From positions 224,001 to 288,000 of the forward strand of contig CAVXWP010000009.1 in NCBI GenBank assembly GCA_963765495.1: a DNA stretch of 64,000 nucleotides. The letters are read 5' to 3'. The stretch is from Blastocatellia bacterium (lineage in GTDB: Bacteria > Acidobacteriota > Blastocatellia > UBA7656). This document shows, piece by piece, positions 1 to 10,673 of this stretch. Every line of letters starts with the position of its first letter. Position 1 is the first letter of the stretch. A program made the position numbers and the translations under genes. The notes beneath the pieces were generated by a model, which saw only the letters and a program-made list of their open reading frames with translations, was not told the DNA's origin and ran no database searches.

Positions 1-1
1 C

Positions 2-199
2 GGTTACAAGCGGGTTGACGCAGAAAATCTGGAGGTCAGGTTTTACGAGGCCGCGACCGGAACCCCGGTAGTGACGGTGCAGGCAAAACGGGAAAGCAAA
101 GGCGGTTCGGTTCGGTCTCTATTAATCACGCCGCCTGACAACGGAAATTCCAGCATCTACATTGGGAGATTCGCCATCGGCTACAAACTGGCGGAATAG
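2..199 (+). CDS. 3' end of an unknown protein truncated by the window edge
   Basis: Frame 2 is open from the edge (GYKRVDAENLEVRFYEAATG...GYKLAE) to TAG at 197-199; no motif recognised. Confidence 0.5.
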   Translation, partial: GYKRVDAENLEVRFYEAATGTPVVTVQAKRESKGGSVRSLLITPPDNGNSSIYIGRFAIGYKLAE

Positions 200-643
200 C
201 TCCGGGACCGACAAAAAACCTTGCGAGGGGTCAGGTTGTTCGCGCATCGCATGGCAGTCTTTTGGGCTGCCCTCAAGTTATTCATCCGACATCATCAATC
301 ACGTTTCACACACCGCGCATTTCTCCCCGTAAATGGCTGATTTTTATTAGACTTTAAGCCTGTTTTGGCTTTGAAAAATCCACCCGAATAGTGTAAAATT
401 TTCTTTGCTTGAGAAGCGAAAATTCTTATCACGCGGCCCCCTCGAAGACCGATCAATGAGGCCCTCACAATCGCCGGGCCATCGAGCCTGTCTCGGTCGA
501 GTTGTGGCTGCCGACAATCGTTTGTTGGACCGCGAGAGGTATTTTGGAGCAAAGCGCAAAGTAAATGAGGAGCAAGAAACCACAGCGGTTAGCCTGGTTC
601 TTTGCTCTGTAACCTGTAACCTGATTGATGAGAGAGTGAGATA

Positions 644-3103
644 ATGTCAGAAGCAGCACATAAGATTCCGGTTAACATAGAAGAAGAAATGAAGCGTAGT
701 TATCTCGACTACGCAATGAGTGTAATCATTGGCCGCGCGCTGCCCGATGCGCGCGACGGACTCAAACCCGTTCATCGCCGGATACTTTTTTCGATGGATG
801 AAATCGGGTTAAAGCCAAACAAGGCTTTCAAGAAGTCGGCAACGGTCGTCGGCGACGTGCTTGGAAAGTATCACCCGCACGGAGACTCGGCCGTTTATGA
901 TTCGCTTGTGCGAATGGCGCAGGACTTTTCCATGCGCTACCCGCTCGTAGACGGGCAGGGCAACTTTGGCTCGATTGACGGAGACTCGGCCGCCGCCTAT
1001 CGCTACACCGAGGCGCGATTGACCCGCATCGCTACCGAGATGCTCGCCGATATCGACAAGGACACGGTCGATTTCATACCCAACTACGACGAATCGCGTC
1101 AGGAGCCTGTCGTGCTGCCTACGAGGTTTCCGAACCTGCTCGTTAACGGGTCTTCGGGCATCGCCGTGGGTATGGCTACAAACATCCCGCCGCACAATTT
1201 GACCGAAGTCGTCGAGGCGACCATACATCTGCTTCAAAAACCGGGGGCCAAGCTCAACGAGATCATGCGTATGGTGCCCGGCCCGGACTTTCCCACGGGA
1301 GGGTTCATTTACGGACGCGAAGGGATTCTAAGCGCCTACCAGACCGGGCGCGGAATAGTGGTGATGCGCGCGCGCGCTACGATAGACCGCGCGGGCCGTT
1401 CGGGTGAGCGCATGGCTATAGTCGTCACAGAGATACCTTATCAGGTCAACAAGGCCAAGCTGATCGAACGCATTGCCGATCTGGTAAATGATAAAAAGCT
1501 TGAAGGCATCTCTGATCTGCGCGACGAATCGGACCGCGAAGGCATGCGGATAGTCATCGAGTTGAAACGCGATGCGATACCCGACATAGTGTTGAACAAC
1601 CTCTACAAACTGACGCCGATGCAGCAGACCTTTGGCGTGATAAACCTTGCGATAGTCAACGGCCAGCCGCGCGAGTTGCCGCTGATCGACGCGCTCAATA
1701 TTTTTATCGAGCATCGCCGCGAGGTTGTAATTCGCCGTACGCGTTACGAACTGAGGAAGGCAGAAGCCCGCGCCCATATCCTCGAAGGTTTGAAGAAGGC
1801 GCTTGATCATCTTGATGAGGTAATCTCGATAATTCGCAAATCGAAAGCTTCGCAGGAAGCCCGCGAAGCGCTGATGCTCAGATTCAAGTTTTCCGAGTTG
1901 CAGGCCAGGGCGATTCTCGAAATGCAGTTGCAGAGGCTCACGGGTCTGGAACGTCAGAAGTTGATCGACGAGTACAGAGAGGTCATAAAACTGATCGCCG
2001 AGCTTCAGGAGATACTTTCAAACGAAGCGGTACTTCGCAACGTGATCGTCAAGGAGTTGCGCGAAGTGCAGCGCGCATACGGCGACGAGAGACGCACACA
2101 GATCATCGAAGCGGGCGCTGAATTGACTCTCGAAGACCTTATAGCCGACGAAGATATGGCCATCACCGTGACGCATTCCGGTTATATCAAACGCACGCCC
2201 GTCTCTGTTTATCGAGCGCAAAGGCGCGGCGGGACCGGAAGACGCGGCGCGGCGCTAAAGACCGAAGACGTTGTGGATCACCTGTTCGTAGCCTCGACTC
2301 ACAGCTACATTATGATCTTCACCAACAACGGGCAGGTCTATAAGCTTAAGGTACACGAGGTACCCGACGCAGGCGCAGCCGGGCGCGGCAAGGCAATAGT
2401 CAATCTGCTGAATATGCCAAAGCACGAAAAGGTTGCGGGTATCATCCCCGTACGCGCCTTTGAAGAAGGCAAGTATGTCGTTATGGCTACGCGCAAGGGG
2501 ACGATCAAAAAGACCAAGCTTTCGGATTTTGCAAATATCCGTCCGAGCGGCATAAACGCCATGGGCGTAAGCGATGACGATGAATTGATCGCAATCGAAT
2601 TGACCGACGGCAACAAGAAGATATTCCTCGCCACAAACAAAGGCAAGTCTATCTGCTTCGAAGAAGGCGACGTGCGCTCGATGGGCCGTCCCGCTCAGGG
2701 GGTGCGCGGAATCTCTTTAGGCAAAGGCGACGTCGTCATAAGCGTGGCGGCGGTCACCGATGACGACGAGATGCTTTCGATCTCGGAAAACGGTTACGGG
2801 AAACGCACAAAGCTCGACGCTTACCGCGTGCAATCTCGCGGAGGCAAGGGCGTCATCAATATGAAGACCAGCGAGCGAAACGGGCAAGTAGTAGCCGTGC
2901 TTCCCGTGTCGGATGAGAGCCAGGTATTGATCATCACCAATCAGGGCAAGCTCATCCGGGTCGAAGCGAAAGGGATACGCGAATACGGGCGCTCGACTCA
3001 AGGGGTAAAGATCATAGACACCTCTGACGGCGATTCGGTATCGTCGGCTTCGCTTATCGAGCGCAAGCAGGTTGCGACCGAAGATGAAGAGATCGATATC
3101 TAA
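644..3103 (+). CDS. gyrA: DNA gyrase subunit A
   Basis: [36 protein letters not shown], catalytic Tyr in AAYRYTE, GyrA-box QRRGGTG, acidic C-tail. Confidence 0.97.
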   Translation: MSEAAHKIPVNIEEEMKRSYLDYAMSVIIGRALPDARDGLKPVHRRILFSMDEIGLKPNKAFKKSATVVGDVLGKYHPHGDSAVYDSLVRMAQDFSMRYPLVDGQGNFGSIDGDSAAAYRYTEARLTRIATEMLADIDKDTVDFIPNYDESRQEPVVLPTRFPNLLVNGSSGIAVGMATNIPPHNLTEVVEATIHLLQKPGAKLNEIMRMVPGPDFPTGGFIYGREGILSAYQTGRGIVVMRARATIDRAGRSGERMAIVVTEIPYQVNKAKLIERIADLVNDKKLEGISDLRDESDREGMRIVIELKRDAIPDIVLNNLYKLTPMQQTFGVINLAIVNGQPRELPLIDALNIFIEHRREVVIRRTRYELRKAEARAHILEGLKKALDHLDEVISIIRKSKASQEAREALMLRFKFSELQARAILEMQLQRLTGLERQKLIDEYREVIKLIAELQEILSNEAVLRNVIVKELREVQRAYGDERRTQIIEAGAELTLEDLIADEDMAITVTHSGYIKRTPVSVYRAQRRGGTGRRGAALKTEDVVDHLFVASTHSYIMIFTNNGQVYKLKVHEVPDAGAAGRGKAIVNLLNMPKHEKVAGIIPVRAFEEGKYVVMATRKGTIKKTKLSDFANIRPSGINAMGVSDDDELIAIELTDGNKKIFLATNKGKSICFEEGDVRSMGRPAQGVRGISLGKGDVVISVAAVTDDDEMLSISENGYGKRTKLDAYRVQSRGGKGVINMKTSERNGQVVAVLPVSDESQVLIITNQGKLIRVEAKGIREYGRSTQGVKIIDTSDGDSVSSASLIERKQVATEDEEIDI

Positions 3104-3147
3104 TGATGGTACGCGATGAATGCGCCCCGGGGGGTCGAGGATTTGAT

Positions 3148-4023
3148 ATGAACAGGTGGTTCCCTACTCCGAAAAAGGGCCTCATCGAGCGGGTGCGCTC
3201 GTCGCCTTTGCTGATTATTGGCTGCGCCGTCGCCGCTCTTGCGCTGATACTGACGCTCTTTTTTGTGATGGGCAGACTCTGGCACAGCGAGTCGGAAACA
3301 CTAAAGCTTGCAGCCGAGGCGTGGGATTCAGGCGATTACGAGGGTGCGGCTGAAGATTACGAACGATATATTCAGCAGAATCCGACGGGCGGGCAGTCGG
3401 AAGAAGCGCGCTTTCAGTTGGCCGGAATTTATCAATTTAATTTGAAACGCTACGATCAGGCGCTGGCTCATTACACGGCTTTGCTTGAGGGAAACCCGTC
3501 TTATGCAAGGGCCGATGTAATCCACGAGCGACTTGCGGAGGTGCTGGCTGAGCTTGGCCGCTCATATGAAGCGATAGGCGAATACGAAAAACTCAATCCA
3601 CAGGATCAGGACGAACGCAGGCGGATACGTCTGCGAATCGCCGATCTCTATTTCGACCAGAAGAATTACAGCCAGGCGCTGACGGAGTACGCGAAAGTCA
3701 CCGAGGGGGCGAACTTCGATGATCTGAGCGAGCGCGCTTATTTGCGCGAAGCCACGATCTATCACATAGGGCGTGGCCAGTATCAGCAGGCGCTGCCGAT
3801 CTATCAAAAGCTGCTTGCCGAAACCCGGGATGAACAGATGCGAGTCCGGGCGCTTTATGGTATCGCGGATTGTTATACCGGGCTTTTCAAGTTTGATGAA
3901 GCCGTTCGAACGCTGGGAGAGATAAAGGATTCAAACGAGCAGGAAACCATCAAGCGTCGAATCGCTCAACTCGAACAGCAGAAACGCGAAGCCGCCGAGG
4001 CTCAAGGCAGCCTTAAACCTTAA
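3148..4023 (+). CDS. Membrane-anchored tetratricopeptide-repeat protein
   Basis: N-terminal TM helix followed by TPR-like repeats; ATG 3148 follows GAGG (ORF track start is 3103). Confidence 0.8.
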   Translation: MNRWFPTPKKGLIERVRSSPLLIIGCAVAALALILTLFFVMGRLWHSESETLKLAAEAWDSGDYEGAAEDYERYIQQNPTGGQSEEARFQLAGIYQFNLKRYDQALAHYTALLEGNPSYARADVIHERLAEVLAELGRSYEAIGEYEKLNPQDQDERRRIRLRIADLYFDQKNYSQALTEYAKVTEGANFDDLSERAYLREATIYHIGRGQYQQALPIYQKLLAETRDEQMRVRALYGIADCYTGLFKFDEAVRTLGEIKDSNEQETIKRRIAQLEQQKREAAEAQGSLKP

Positions 4024-4042
4024 CCGTCAGCGCCATTTACTC

Positions 4043-4096
4043 GACAGGATTAACAGGGTTAAAAGAGGATCTTGTCTAAGCAAATCTAATCCTGTC
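4043..4096. repeat. ACAGGATTA-family palindromic element, possible terminator
   Basis: GACAGGATTA...TAATCCTGTC inverted repeat followed by an A8 run; shares sequence with 59000-59074. Confidence 0.7.
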
Positions 4097-4374
4097 AAAA
4101 AAAAGTCTCGCCTATTGAGCGATTTTGCTCTGAAAAATCGCCTCTCATGTTGATGCAAATATATTCCGAGCGAGAAGACGCATTGAGACAGTTGCAGAAG
4201 AATCGAAATACTCTTATTGAGGCTTCGGTTGCGGGGCTACATCGCATAAGACGGTCCATTAACAGGCTCATCAGGAGCGAAGGACCAAAGGGCAGCGGCG
4301 TTGACTTGAAATCTTCGAGCCGTTATTCTCTAGCGGGTTCGAGTCTTCAAATCCCTGGCCCCGGCGAGAAGAGC

Positions 4375-4944
4375 ATGTCCAAACCGTCGCCAAATGAAGT
4401 AACTCAGCTATTGCTTGACTGGCGCAAGGGCGATAAATCGGCGCTTGAAAAGCTGACGCCCATGGTTTATGACGAGCTTCGGCGGCTTGCGAATTACTAT
4501 CTCAAAGGCGAGCGCCAGAATCACACGCTCCAGGGCACGGCGCTTGTTCACGAAGTCTACATAAAACTGGTCGGCCACGACAGATTAGAGTGGCAGAATC
4601 GCGCTCACTTTTTTGCCTTCGCCGCCCGGTTGATGCGCCAGACGCTCGTAGACCATGCGCGAAAGCACAGGACGGAAAAGCGAGGCGGGGGCAAGCGAAA
4701 CCTTTCGCTTGAAGAGGCAACCGTCTTTTCCAAGGACCGCTCCGAAGATATGATAGCGCTCGATGATGCTCTGAGCGATCTGGCGAGGCTCGACCAGCGA
4801 AAGAGCCGGATCGTCGAGATGAGATACTTTGGCGGGCTGAGCATCGAGGAGATTGCCGAGGTAGAGGAGATTTCCGTGGCCACCGTCAGACGTCAGATGC
4901 GACTGGCAGAGGCCTGGCTGCACAGAGAAATCAGCAAGTCGTAG
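4375..4944 (+). CDS. ECF sigma factor of the kinase-associated type (Sig-70_X6-like)
   Basis: EVTQLLLDWRKGDKSAL, VYDELRRLA, HTLQGTALVHE, NRAHFFA, region-4 HTH YFGGLSIEEIAE; likely start ATG 4375. Confidence 0.9.
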   Translation: MSKPSPNEVTQLLLDWRKGDKSALEKLTPMVYDELRRLANYYLKGERQNHTLQGTALVHEVYIKLVGHDRLEWQNRAHFFAFAARLMRQTLVDHARKHRTEKRGGGKRNLSLEEATVFSKDRSEDMIALDDALSDLARLDQRKSRIVEMRYFGGLSIEEIAEVEEISVATVRRQMRLAEAWLHREISKS

Positions 4945-4972
4945 AGCATCAGTCACGCACACCCCAGAAGCC

Positions 4973-7738
4973 ATGACACCTGATCGCTGGAGACAAGTCG
5001 AAGAGCTTTTCGAGTCGGCACTTGAACGCCACCCTGCCGACCGCACCGCTTTTCTCGATAAAGCCTGCGGAGGTGACCACGTGTTGCGCCGCGAAGTCGA
5101 ATCGCTGCTCAATCATCAGCAGCCTACAGGCAACTTTATCCCCACACTGGTAAACGATGCCGCCGATCTGCTCGATCATCAAGAGCCGTCGCGCGGCGAT
5201 GACGGCTCTTTCATTCCCGGCACAATCCTCGCGTCCCGCTATCGCATAATCGGGCTGGTCGGACGAGGCGGCATGGGCGAGGTTTATCGCGCAGACGATC
5301 TCAAACTTTCTCAGCCCATCGCCTTGAAATTCCTGCCAGATAAACTCTCTGCAAATCCGGACGTGCTTGCCCGCTTTCATCAGGAAGTTCGTATCGCTCG
5401 ACAGATCTCTCATCCGAACATCTGCCGCGTCTTTGACATAGGCGAAGTCCACGGGCGGCACTTCCTCTCGATGGAATACATCGACGGCGAAGACCTCGCT
5501 TCCCTGCTTGTAAGAATCGGGCGATTGCCTGAAAACAAGGCTGTCGAGATAGCCTCTCAGCTTTGCGCGGGGCTTTCAGCCGCTCATCAGGAGGGCGTGT
5601 TGCACCGCGACCTGAAACCGGCAAACGTGATGATCGACGGGCGAGGGAGGGCCAAAATAACCGATTTCGGGCTCGCCGGGTTGGCCGACACATTCGAGGG
5701 CCACGAGGTACGAGAAGGGACCCCGGCCTACATGGCACCGGAACAACTTGCCGGGCGAGAGGTGACGACGCGCAGCGACCTCTACTCGCTTGGGCTTGTG
5801 CTTTACGAAATATTCACAGGCAAGAGGGCTTTTGAAGCCTCGACTCTCGAAGATTTGATAAGGCTACAGGAATCGACTACGCCGACGAGCATCTCGAGCT
5901 TCGTAAAAGAGATTGACCCGCTTGTAGAGCGAGTCATACTGCGCTGTCTTGAGCGAGACCCGCAAGAGCGACCGCAGACGGTCTTGCAGGTAGCGGCGGC
6001 GCTGCCGGGCGGCGACCCGCTCGCGGCGGCGATAGCGGCGGGCGAAACGCCTTCGCCTGAGATGGTAGCGGCCGCGCCTAAAGAGGGAGCGCTCCGCCCC
6101 ACAACGGCCATTGCCTGTCTTGCGGGCATAATTGCCTTGCTTGCTTTTTTCGTCATTTACTCCGATAAGGCAGCAGTGCAAAACCTTGTTCCATTCGATA
6201 AATCTCCAGATGTGCTCGCAGAGCGCGCGAGTAATATCCTCAACAGGTTCGGCTATAGCGAGACCCCGATTGATACGGCTTATGGCTTTGGCCAGGATGC
6301 CGAGTACTTCAAATACGCGAAAGCGCGAGACACAGAAGACGAACTGATAAAAAGATTAGGGGACGGACAGCCCGCTCTCTTCTATTTCTGGTATCGCCAG
6401 AGTCCGCGATATCTCGAGACCATCAGCCACGAAAATGTGTCGCTCACCGACCCGCCGATGGAAGTATCAAATATGGCGAGCGTAAGGCTCGACACACTGG
6501 GGCGGTTGCTTGAATTTCAGGCCGTTCCGCCTCAGGTTGATGGAGAGAGCGAACCGGCGCAATCGCCGGACTGGAGCGCGCTTTTTTCCGAAGCCGGGTT
6601 GAACATCGCGGATTTCACCGTCACCCAGTCGCTCTGGGTTCCGCCCGTGGGCTTTGACAGCCGCGCCGCATGGACGGGGATATATCCCGGGCTTCCCCGT
6701 AACCCAGTTCGGATAGAAGCGGCAGCTTATCGGGGCGCGCCCGTCTATTTTCAGATTGTGATGCCGTGGTCAAAACCGCTCAGGCAGGAAGAGGTCACGT
6801 CAATTTCAGGCAAAAGGGCCGCGGCAATAATTCTCACGATCACTTTTATCTGCGGGCTTATCGCGGCCCTGTTTCTGGCTCGATATAATTTAAAACTCGG
6901 ACGGGGCGACCGCCGGGGAGCCTTTCGGATCAGCCTGTTTGTCTTCTCTGTAACGCTCGCGGGATCGCTCATTTTAGTCGATCACGTGCCCACGCTCTCA
7001 GGCGAGTTGAATATTTTGTATCAGATAATAGCGTGGGCGCTTGCGCTTGCCGGGCTGCAATGGCTTATCTACATCGCGCTTGAGCCGTATGCGCGCCGCA
7101 AGTGGCCGAGGCTTATGATCTCGTGGAACAGGCTGCTTGCCGGAGAGTTTCGAGACCCTATGGTCGGACGCGATATCCTGATCGGGGGGCTATTCGGATT
7201 CGGGCATACGCTGTCAATCTATTGCAGCTTTGTATTGCCTCAACTGCTGGGACAGCCGCAAAAAAGAACTCTGGGATTTGCCCCCCTTGCAGGAGGAGTG
7301 CCAACGTTTTTTGCGGCTCTGTTGTCTGATATTTTGCCGAGGAGCTTTTTTATAGGATTGGCCTATCTATTTCTGATCCTGCTCTTTTTTGTCGTGCTAA
7401 AAAAAGAGAGGCTCGCCGCCGCAGTGCTGTGGCTGGTGCAATTTACCATCATGGTACTGGCATTTCTCTTCACAGAGCCGTGGTATCTCTGGATATTTGG
7501 CGCGGCAATCGCGACCTGCTATGTCATTACGGCCTTTCGCTTTGGGCTGCTCTCGCTCATCGCCCTGCAATTCTTTTTCAGTTTGAGCTATTACCCTGCT
7601 ATGACCACGACTCTCTCAAGCTGGTATGCCGGACAGACCCTGATGGCGGTCGTGGTTTTATTGACTATAGCCGTCTATAGCTTTTACATATCGCTTGCGG
7701 GCCAGCCGTTGTTTAGAACCGAGATATTAAAAGAGTGA
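4973..7738 (+). CDS. Hanks-type Ser/Thr kinase with extracytoplasmic domain and polytopic membrane C-terminus
   Basis: MTPDRWRQVEELF N-terminus typical of ECF-linked kinases; GRGGMG, HRDLKPAN, DFG and APE motifs intact; many hydrophobic helices at the C-terminus. Confidence 0.92.
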   Translation: MTPDRWRQVEELFESALERHPADRTAFLDKACGGDHVLRREVESLLNHQQPTGNFIPTLVNDAADLLDHQEPSRGDDGSFIPGTILASRYRIIGLVGRGGMGEVYRADDLKLSQPIALKFLPDKLSANPDVLARFHQEVRIARQISHPNICRVFDIGEVHGRHFLSMEYIDGEDLASLLVRIGRLPENKAVEIASQLCAGLSAAHQEGVLHRDLKPANVMIDGRGRAKITDFGLAGLADTFEGHEVREGTPAYMAPEQLAGREVTTRSDLYSLGLVLYEIFTGKRAFEASTLEDLIRLQESTTPTSISSFVKEIDPLVERVILRCLERDPQERPQTVLQVAAALPGGDPLAAAIAAGETPSPEMVAAAPKEGALRPTTAIACLAGIIALLAFFVIYSDKAAVQNLVPFDKSPDVLAERASNILNRFGYSETPIDTAYGFGQDAEYFKYAKARDTEDELIKRLGDGQPALFYFWYRQSPRYLETISHENVSLTDPPMEVSNMASVRLDTLGRLLEFQAVPPQVDGESEPAQSPDWSALFSEAGLNIADFTVTQSLWVPPVGFDSRAAWTGIYPGLPRNPVRIEAAAYRGAPVYFQIVMPWSKPLRQEEVTSISGKRAAAIILTITFICGLIAALFLARYNLKLGRGDRRGAFRISLFVFSVTLAGSLILVDHVPTLSGELNILYQIIAWALALAGLQWLIYIALEPYARRKWPRLMISWNRLLAGEFRDPMVGRDILIGGLFGFGHTLSIYCSFVLPQLLGQPQKRTLGFAPLAGGVPTFFAALLSDILPRSFFIGLAYLFLILLFFVVLKKERLAAAVLWLVQFTIMVLAFLFTEPWYLWIFGAAIATCYVITAFRFGLLSLIALQFFFSLSYYPAMTTTLSSWYAGQTLMAVVVLLTIAVYSFYISLAGQPLFRTEILKE

Positions 7739-7772
7739 AGAACGAGAAAGAATTCGACTCTTCACACGCACT
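7735..7772. repeat. Minimal GTGAAGA/TCTTCAC inverted element containing the kinase stop codon
   Basis: GTGAAGA 7735-7741 pairs with TCTTCAC 7759-7765; AATTCGACTCTTCACAC resembles 59080-59096. Confidence 0.5.
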
Positions 7773-7802
7773 TTCATCTGCGCCAATCTCTTGTCGTATG
7801 AT

Positions 7803-8756
7803 TTAGATGACTTCCTTCACTCCGGCCCTGCCCGCGTGCTCGCGAATCTTTTCATTTATGCTTGTCGCAAGCGCAAGCGTACGCCGCCCTTCTTCACCTG
7901 TAGTCTTTACGGGAGCGCCTTCTACTGCCGCGAGGAAGGATTCTATTTCCAGCCGCAACGGCTCGTCGCGCTCGACTTCAAGCACGCGGCTGTTGAATTC
8001 AAGCTTTCCTTCCGGCGAAGGGCTCACTCCAACGACGGATGTTTCCTGCGCCGAGTAATCGATAGCCACATACTCGTGAGGCTGGAAAAACCTGAGCTTG
8101 CGCACCCGTTCGCCCGAAACGCGGCTCGCGGTCAGGTTTGCCACACAGCCGTTTTCAAACTCGATTCGAGCGTTGGCAATGTCTACGCGAGGCGTAAGTA
8201 TCGCCACGCCCGCCGCGCGAATCTCCGCGACCTCACTTTCAACAAGCGAAAGCACCACGTAAATATCGTGGATCATCAAATCCATCACCACATCAATGTC
8301 GAGGCTTCGCGGAGTGAAGATGCTCAACCGATGAGCTTCGAAAAACATAGGCCGGGTCACGATGCGGCTTGCGGCTTCGACTGCCGGGTTGAAGCGTTCC
8401 AGATGGCCTACCTGCAAGACGGCCTTGCCTGACCGGGCCGTTTCGATCATCTGGTCGGCCTCTTCAAGGGTTCGGGCAATCGGTTTTTCGACAAGCACCG
8501 CGATTCCGGCTTTCAACAGATCACAGGCCAGGCTGTGATGGCTCGATGTAGGAACAGCCAGGCTGACCGCGTCAACCTGGCCTATCAATTCGCGGTAATC
8601 CTCGACAAATCGAGCGCCGAATTGTCGAGCGACAGGCCCGCCGTTTGATTCCAGCAGATCGCAAACGGCCACAAGCCGCGCCTGTCTGGATTCGGCGTAT
8701 ATGCGCGCATGCTCGCGCCCGAAATGGCCTGCGCCCACAACAGCTACTCTAGTCAT
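7803..8756 (-). CDS. Gfo/Idh/MocA-family NAD-dependent oxidoreductase (GnnA-like)
   Basis: VAVVGAGHFG, LVEKPIA, GHLERFNPA, DLMIHD, TASRVS. Confidence 0.9.
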   Translation of the reverse strand: MTRVAVVGAGHFGREHARIYAESRQARLVAVCDLLESNGGPVARQFGARFVEDYRELIGQVDAVSLAVPTSSHHSLACDLLKAGIAVLVEKPIARTLEEADQMIETARSGKAVLQVGHLERFNPAVEAASRIVTRPMFFEAHRLSIFTPRSLDIDVVMDLMIHDIYVVLSLVESEVAEIRAAGVAILTPRVDIANARIEFENGCVANLTASRVSGERVRKLRFFQPHEYVAIDYSAQETSVVGVSPSPEGKLEFNSRVLEVERDEPLRLEIESFLAAVEGAPVKTTGEEGRRTLALATSINEKIREHAGRAGVKEVI

Positions 8757-8881
8757 GCATCTCACTCCCGGTTTTACTTTTACTGACGCTCATTCGGCCG
8801 GTATAGTCTCTGGTCAGGCCCTAAATCAAAAAAGATTGGATTTTCGCCTGCTACATTCGATTTTCGGAGACGTAATAATTC

Positions 8882-10615
8882 GTGCAGAGACCGCTTACAG
8901 AAAGCGCTTCGCCTACAGACACCAAATCTTCCTCAAAGCAGGAGGCCGCCCCACTCGGCAGACTAGACATAATAGATGAGCCGCCGCCCGCTGCCAAGCG
9001 GTACTTTTACCTGTTGGCGGGGCTGTTAATCCTTTCGAGTCTGACGCTCTTTTTCGGCATCAATCGGCTCGCGCTCATAGGGCCGGATGAGCCCAGATAT
9101 GCCGAAGTTGCGCGCGAAATGTTCGCCACGGGCGATTACATAACGCCTCGATTGTGCGGATGCCCGTGGTTTGAAAAACCTGCCCTGCTCTACTGGATGG
9201 CAGCCGGGGCCTATCACCTGTTCGGCGTAGGAGAATTTGCCGCGCGCTTTCCGGCGGCGTTTTCGGCGCTGGCGCTGGCGCTCTTCCTATGCTTTGCGCT
9301 GTGGCGCTGTGCGAGCCCCAGATTCGGCCTGATCGTTTCGCTCGTGCTTGCAACAAGCGGGCTATTTATAGGGTACGCACATGCCTGCAACCCGGACATG
9401 CTGCTTACGGCAACAATGGGACTGGCGCTCGTCGCGGGATATATGTCTACGCTTGAAAGCGGGCGCGTCCGTACAGGTTACTGGGCCTTATGCTGGGCAG
9501 GAATCGGAGCGGCAATGCTTGCCAAAGGGCTGATCGGGATAGTCTTGCCGGTCGCGATTTTTGGATTATATCTGTTGCTCTCGGGACGACTCTCGCGCAC
9601 AAGGTGGTGGCACTGGCCGGCAGGGCTTGCTATCTCAGTTGCAGTCGCATCGGTCTGGTATCTTCCTGTTACGCTCAGCAACGGATGGGATTTTATAAAC
9701 GAGTTTTTCATAAAACATCATTTCCGCCGCTATCTGACAAACGAGTACGGCCACCCGCAGCCGGTCTATTTTTACCTCTTTATCGTGTTTGCCGGGGCGC
9801 TGCCGTGGACTTTTTTCCTGATCCCGGCGCTCGGGCGGCTGCGCGCCCTTGCGCCCCGAAAATGTGAGCGTGATTCGCTGCTGCTGCTGGCCTGGCTCTG
9901 GGTAGCGGTCCCTCTGGTATTTTTCTCTTTTTCGCGATCAAAACTGCCCGGCTATATCCTGCCCGTCTTTCCTGCGATGGCGATCATTCTGGGCGTTGAG
10001 GTAGAGCGATTCTGGCAGGGCGAGCGGAGCAAATCTCTAAAAGCGGGGGCGGGGCTTACCGCCCTGATGTTGATTCTGATCGGCGCGGCATTTATCTGGT
10101 ATCTCAAAAAAGAAGCGATCAATCCGACAGGGTTGGAAAATGCGCTTTGCTGGTTGCCGCTAGCCGTGGGACTGATCGCTGCTGCAATGCTCGTCTCGGC
10201 GCGAAGACGAGCCTTTGTCGTCGGCACGACCGTAGTAATATCAAGCCTGATCTTTTCATCGTCGATTCTATTATTTCCGGCGCTTGAGAATGAGTTGAGC
10301 CTGAAATCGCTTTCGCTTCAAGCGGCTGCGGCGCTTCAACCGGGTGAGAAAATCGCCTTCTATGTCAAAAAGGAATTCGCCCCCGTCTTTTACGCCGAAG
10401 GCCGCGTGGTATGCGGCGTAGGCGATGACAATGTACTGAATGCTTTGGACCCGACCCTGCTTGCCGAAGCCTTGCAGGTCCATCCCGGTTTGATAGTGAT
10501 CACTCCGACAAGATGGGTAATCGATCTTAAAAACGATAAAAGATTTGAGACTGAATTGATCGGGACACAGGATGATATAAACGCGATCAGATTGCGGTTG
10601 AAACCAAAAGACTGA
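8882..10615 (+). CDS. ArnT/PMT-family (GT-C) membrane glycosyltransferase
   Basis: PDEPRYAEVAREM, WFEKPAL, AKGLIG, SKLPGYILP; polytopic. Confidence 0.9.
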   Translation: MQRPLTESASPTDTKSSSKQEAAPLGRLDIIDEPPPAAKRYFYLLAGLLILSSLTLFFGINRLALIGPDEPRYAEVAREMFATGDYITPRLCGCPWFEKPALLYWMAAGAYHLFGVGEFAARFPAAFSALALALFLCFALWRCASPRFGLIVSLVLATSGLFIGYAHACNPDMLLTATMGLALVAGYMSTLESGRVRTGYWALCWAGIGAAMLAKGLIGIVLPVAIFGLYLLLSGRLSRTRWWHWPAGLAISVAVASVWYLPVTLSNGWDFINEFFIKHHFRRYLTNEYGHPQPVYFYLFIVFAGALPWTFFLIPALGRLRALAPRKCERDSLLLLAWLWVAVPLVFFSFSRSKLPGYILPVFPAMAIILGVEVERFWQGERSKSLKAGAGLTALMLILIGAAFIWYLKKEAINPTGLENALCWLPLAVGLIAAAMLVSARRRAFVVGTTVVISSLIFSSSILLFPALENELSLKSLSLQAAAALQPGEKIAFYVKKEFAPVFYAEGRVVCGVGDDNVLNALDPTLLAEALQVHPGLIVITPTRWVIDLKNDKRFETELIGTQDDINAIRLRLKPKD

Positions 10616-10644
10616 AATCCCAAATCCGAGATTTGAGATTTCAG
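10612..10644. repeat. AAATCTC-family heptamer hairpin overlapping the stop codon
   Basis: CTGAAATCCCAAATC-CGA-GATTTGAGATTTCAG; TGA 10613-10615 is the glycosyltransferase stop; lies between convergent genes. Confidence 0.75.
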
Positions 10645-10673
10645 CCAGGCCTTTATACAGGCTTTCCTATCGC

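Noticed and set aside
200-643. Replication origin or gyrB upstream of gyrA
   Set aside because: No DnaA-box cluster seen, and the upstream ORF end does not resemble GyrB
4147-4374. N-terminal extension of the ECF sigma factor in the ORF track
   Set aside because: Family-like sequence begins at Met 4375; the upstream part looks like promoter or leader DNA
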